A stretch of DNA of 63,995 nucleotides, filler included, from an uncultured bacterium (GTDB taxonomy: Bacteria; CAYSBA01), in the NCBI GenBank assembly GCA_964429075.1. It is 5 parts of 5 records of this genome, joined end to end, with 100 filler letters (N's around TTAATTAATTAA, not from the genome) between each part and the next. Parts side by side here need not be neighbours in the genome. Positions count along the whole stretch, not along the records: positions 59,840 to 63,995 come from CAYSBA010000165.1; 4 more parts are not named here. One strand, given 5' to 3'. The stretch's first letter is position 1. Each line of letters opens with the position of its first letter. Under the pieces are notes generated by a model. The model made no database searches, was not told the origin of the DNA, and saw only the letters and a program-made list of their open reading frames with translations. The translations under genes and the position numbers were made by a program. Positions 62,585 to 63,995 of this stretch are shown piece by piece.

Positions 62585-63577
62585 TCAATACTCCAGCAAT
62601 AGTTTGGGATTTTTGCTCTTTTTTACAACCTCCCCTACAACAGCAAAAGGTATACTATCTTCTCTTAATTTATTTGAGACATCCTCAATTAACTCACACT
62701 TGATCCCAAACAAAAGACCCCCGGATGTCTGTGCATCTGCAGCAAGTCTACATAGCGGATCGTTTGCCTCAAGGTTGAGGCAGAACTCCTTTGCAGCTTC
62801 AATATTTCTTCTGCTACCCCCAGGGAAATATCCTTCACCTATCAACTCAAGTGCATGTTCGTAGGCAATCAGATTCTTTAAAAAAACCCTACATTCAACA
62901 CCAGAGGCCTCTGCCATCCTATAAAGATGACCTAACAAACCAAATCCGGTCACATCTGTAGCCGCATCTATATTAAAAAAACTAAGGATATTCTTTACGA
63001 CCCTGTTTGTTCTTATCATCCCCAAAATGGCATCTTCTGCCATATTCTCATCTATTCTACCTTTTTTTATTGCATTTGTTATTACACCGGTTCCCAGTTT
63101 TTTTGTAAGGACTATCATGTCACCTTCTTTGAGGGCATCCATCCGAAATGATTTTTTTTCTATCATTCCAACAACAGAAAGGCCATAGAAGAGTTGATCG
63201 CACCTTATTGTATGTCCTCCAGATAATTCCACACCCTCTGTTTTTAGCAGCTCTTCAGCCCCTTTTATAATCCTTGAAGATGCCAGAAGAAAATCATTGT
63301 CCTGTGGGGTACCAAGTATATTTACTGCACATACTGGATCTCCACCCATTGCAAAAATATCGCTTATTGCATTTGATGCAGCAATCTTCCCAAACACATA
63401 GGGATCATCAACCATAGGATAAAAGAAATCCACTGTAAGAAGGAGTCTCTCCTGTCCAACCTGAAAATCTGCTGCATCATCTAAGGATTTAAGCGGTCTG
63501 TTTAATATACCGGTTAAAACATCAAGAGGTATCTTACAACTACATCCACCAGAGGCGCTATACTTGGTTAACCTCAA
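62585..63577 (-). CDS. selD: Selenophosphate synthetase, Cys form
   Basis: GGCSCK (TGT codons), TVDFFYP, NAISDIFAMGG, GGHT, TDVTGFGLLGH, DAQTSGGLL. Confidence 0.95.
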   Translation of the reverse strand: MRLTKYSASGGCSCKIPLDVLTGILNRPLKSLDDAADFQVGQERLLLTVDFFYPMVDDPYVFGKIAASNAISDIFAMGGDPVCAVNILGTPQDNDFLLASSRIIKGAEELLKTEGVELSGGHTIRCDQLFYGLSVVGMIEKKSFRMDALKEGDMIVLTKKLGTGVITNAIKKGRIDENMAEDAILGMIRTNRVVKNILSFFNIDAATDVTGFGLLGHLYRMAEASGVECRVFLKNLIAYEHALELIGEGYFPGGSRRNIEAAKEFCLNLEANDPLCRLAADAQTSGGLLFGIKCELIEDVSNKLREDSIPFAVVGEVVKKSKNPKLLLEY

Positions 63578-63964
63578 TCACTCACCCCTCTCAAGGTCTG
63601 TACTAAACTTAACAACCGTCTTTACATTTCCTCGAGGGTTGAAGTGCATCACCACATCAAGCCGTTTTGGGTTAAGCAACTCTTTTAGCTCTTTATAAAT
63701 CTTACCACAGGCATCTTCGTGGGATATGTATCTCGATCTAAAAGAATTCAGATACAATTTTAAAGATTTAAGTTCTACAATGTAGTCTTTTGGAACATAA
63801 TTTATCTTTACAGTTGCAAAATCTGGATAACCCGATCTTGGACATAAACAGGTATATTCTGGATATTCTATCATTATCTCGTATACAACACCTCTGTGAG
63901 GATTTTCCCATCTCTCCAGCTTTGCATTTTCTATTTCAATCTCTCCGTAGCGTTCTTCTTTCAT
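63578..63964 (-). CDS. queF: PreQ1 synthase QueF (short type I)
   Basis: [34 protein letters not shown]. Confidence 0.95.
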   Translation of the reverse strand: MKEERYGEIEIENAKLERWENPHRGVVYEIMIEYPEYTCLCPRSGYPDFATVKINYVPKDYIVELKSLKLYLNSFRSRYISHEDACGKIYKELKELLNPKRLDVVMHFNPRGNVKTVVKFSTDLERGE

Positions 63965-63995
63965 TTTTTCATTTTTTCTATAACATCTTGTATAG

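Noticed and set aside
63530..63550. Selenocysteine recoding in selD or in the thioredoxin-fold genes
   Set aside because: Active-site codons are TGT/TGC; I found no in-frame TGA candidate in the genes I checked

Overview
Low-GC (roughly 35-40% by eye), gene-dense diderm bacterial DNA. It is not one locus: five contigs are joined by artificial N-TTAATTAATTAA-N spacers (16083-16182, 31757-31856, 46573-46672, 59740-59839), and there are two 10-N scaffold gaps, so adjacency across these points means nothing. Gene content (DUF4388/TPR pseudo-receiver, prkA-yeaH-spoVR, CehA/McbA-like lipoprotein, sigma54 activators, multiheme cytochrome, several FadL-like barrels) resembles a deltaproteobacterial/Myxococcota-like MAG; this is inference. 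Most genes are housekeeping: ribD, nrdR, purC, fur, gap-pgk-tpiA-secG, tsaD, folP, ispG, carB, mazG, hppA, pth, rplY, prs, tRNA-Gln, ispE, glpD, selD, queF. I found no CRISPR array, rRNA, prophage or intact IS. Best leads: (1) a 10-kb, seven-gene envelope operon linking a PHP-type metallohydrolase lipoprotein, Kelch and PKD lipoproteins, a TlpA and two divergent FadL-like barrels, a candidate surface hydrolysis and lipid-uptake system; (2) a sigma54 promoter whose -12 region is a perfect 12-bp complement of the downstream cytochrome RBS, which would silence read-through transcripts only; (3) a tRNA-Gln lying entirely inside the ispE reading frame; (4) a GTPase-degenerate EF-G2 followed by an uncharacterised tandem nitroreductase-fold protein and MazG, downstream of a Na+-pumping pyrophosphatase. 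All family calls come from motif recognition by eye; no database searches were run.
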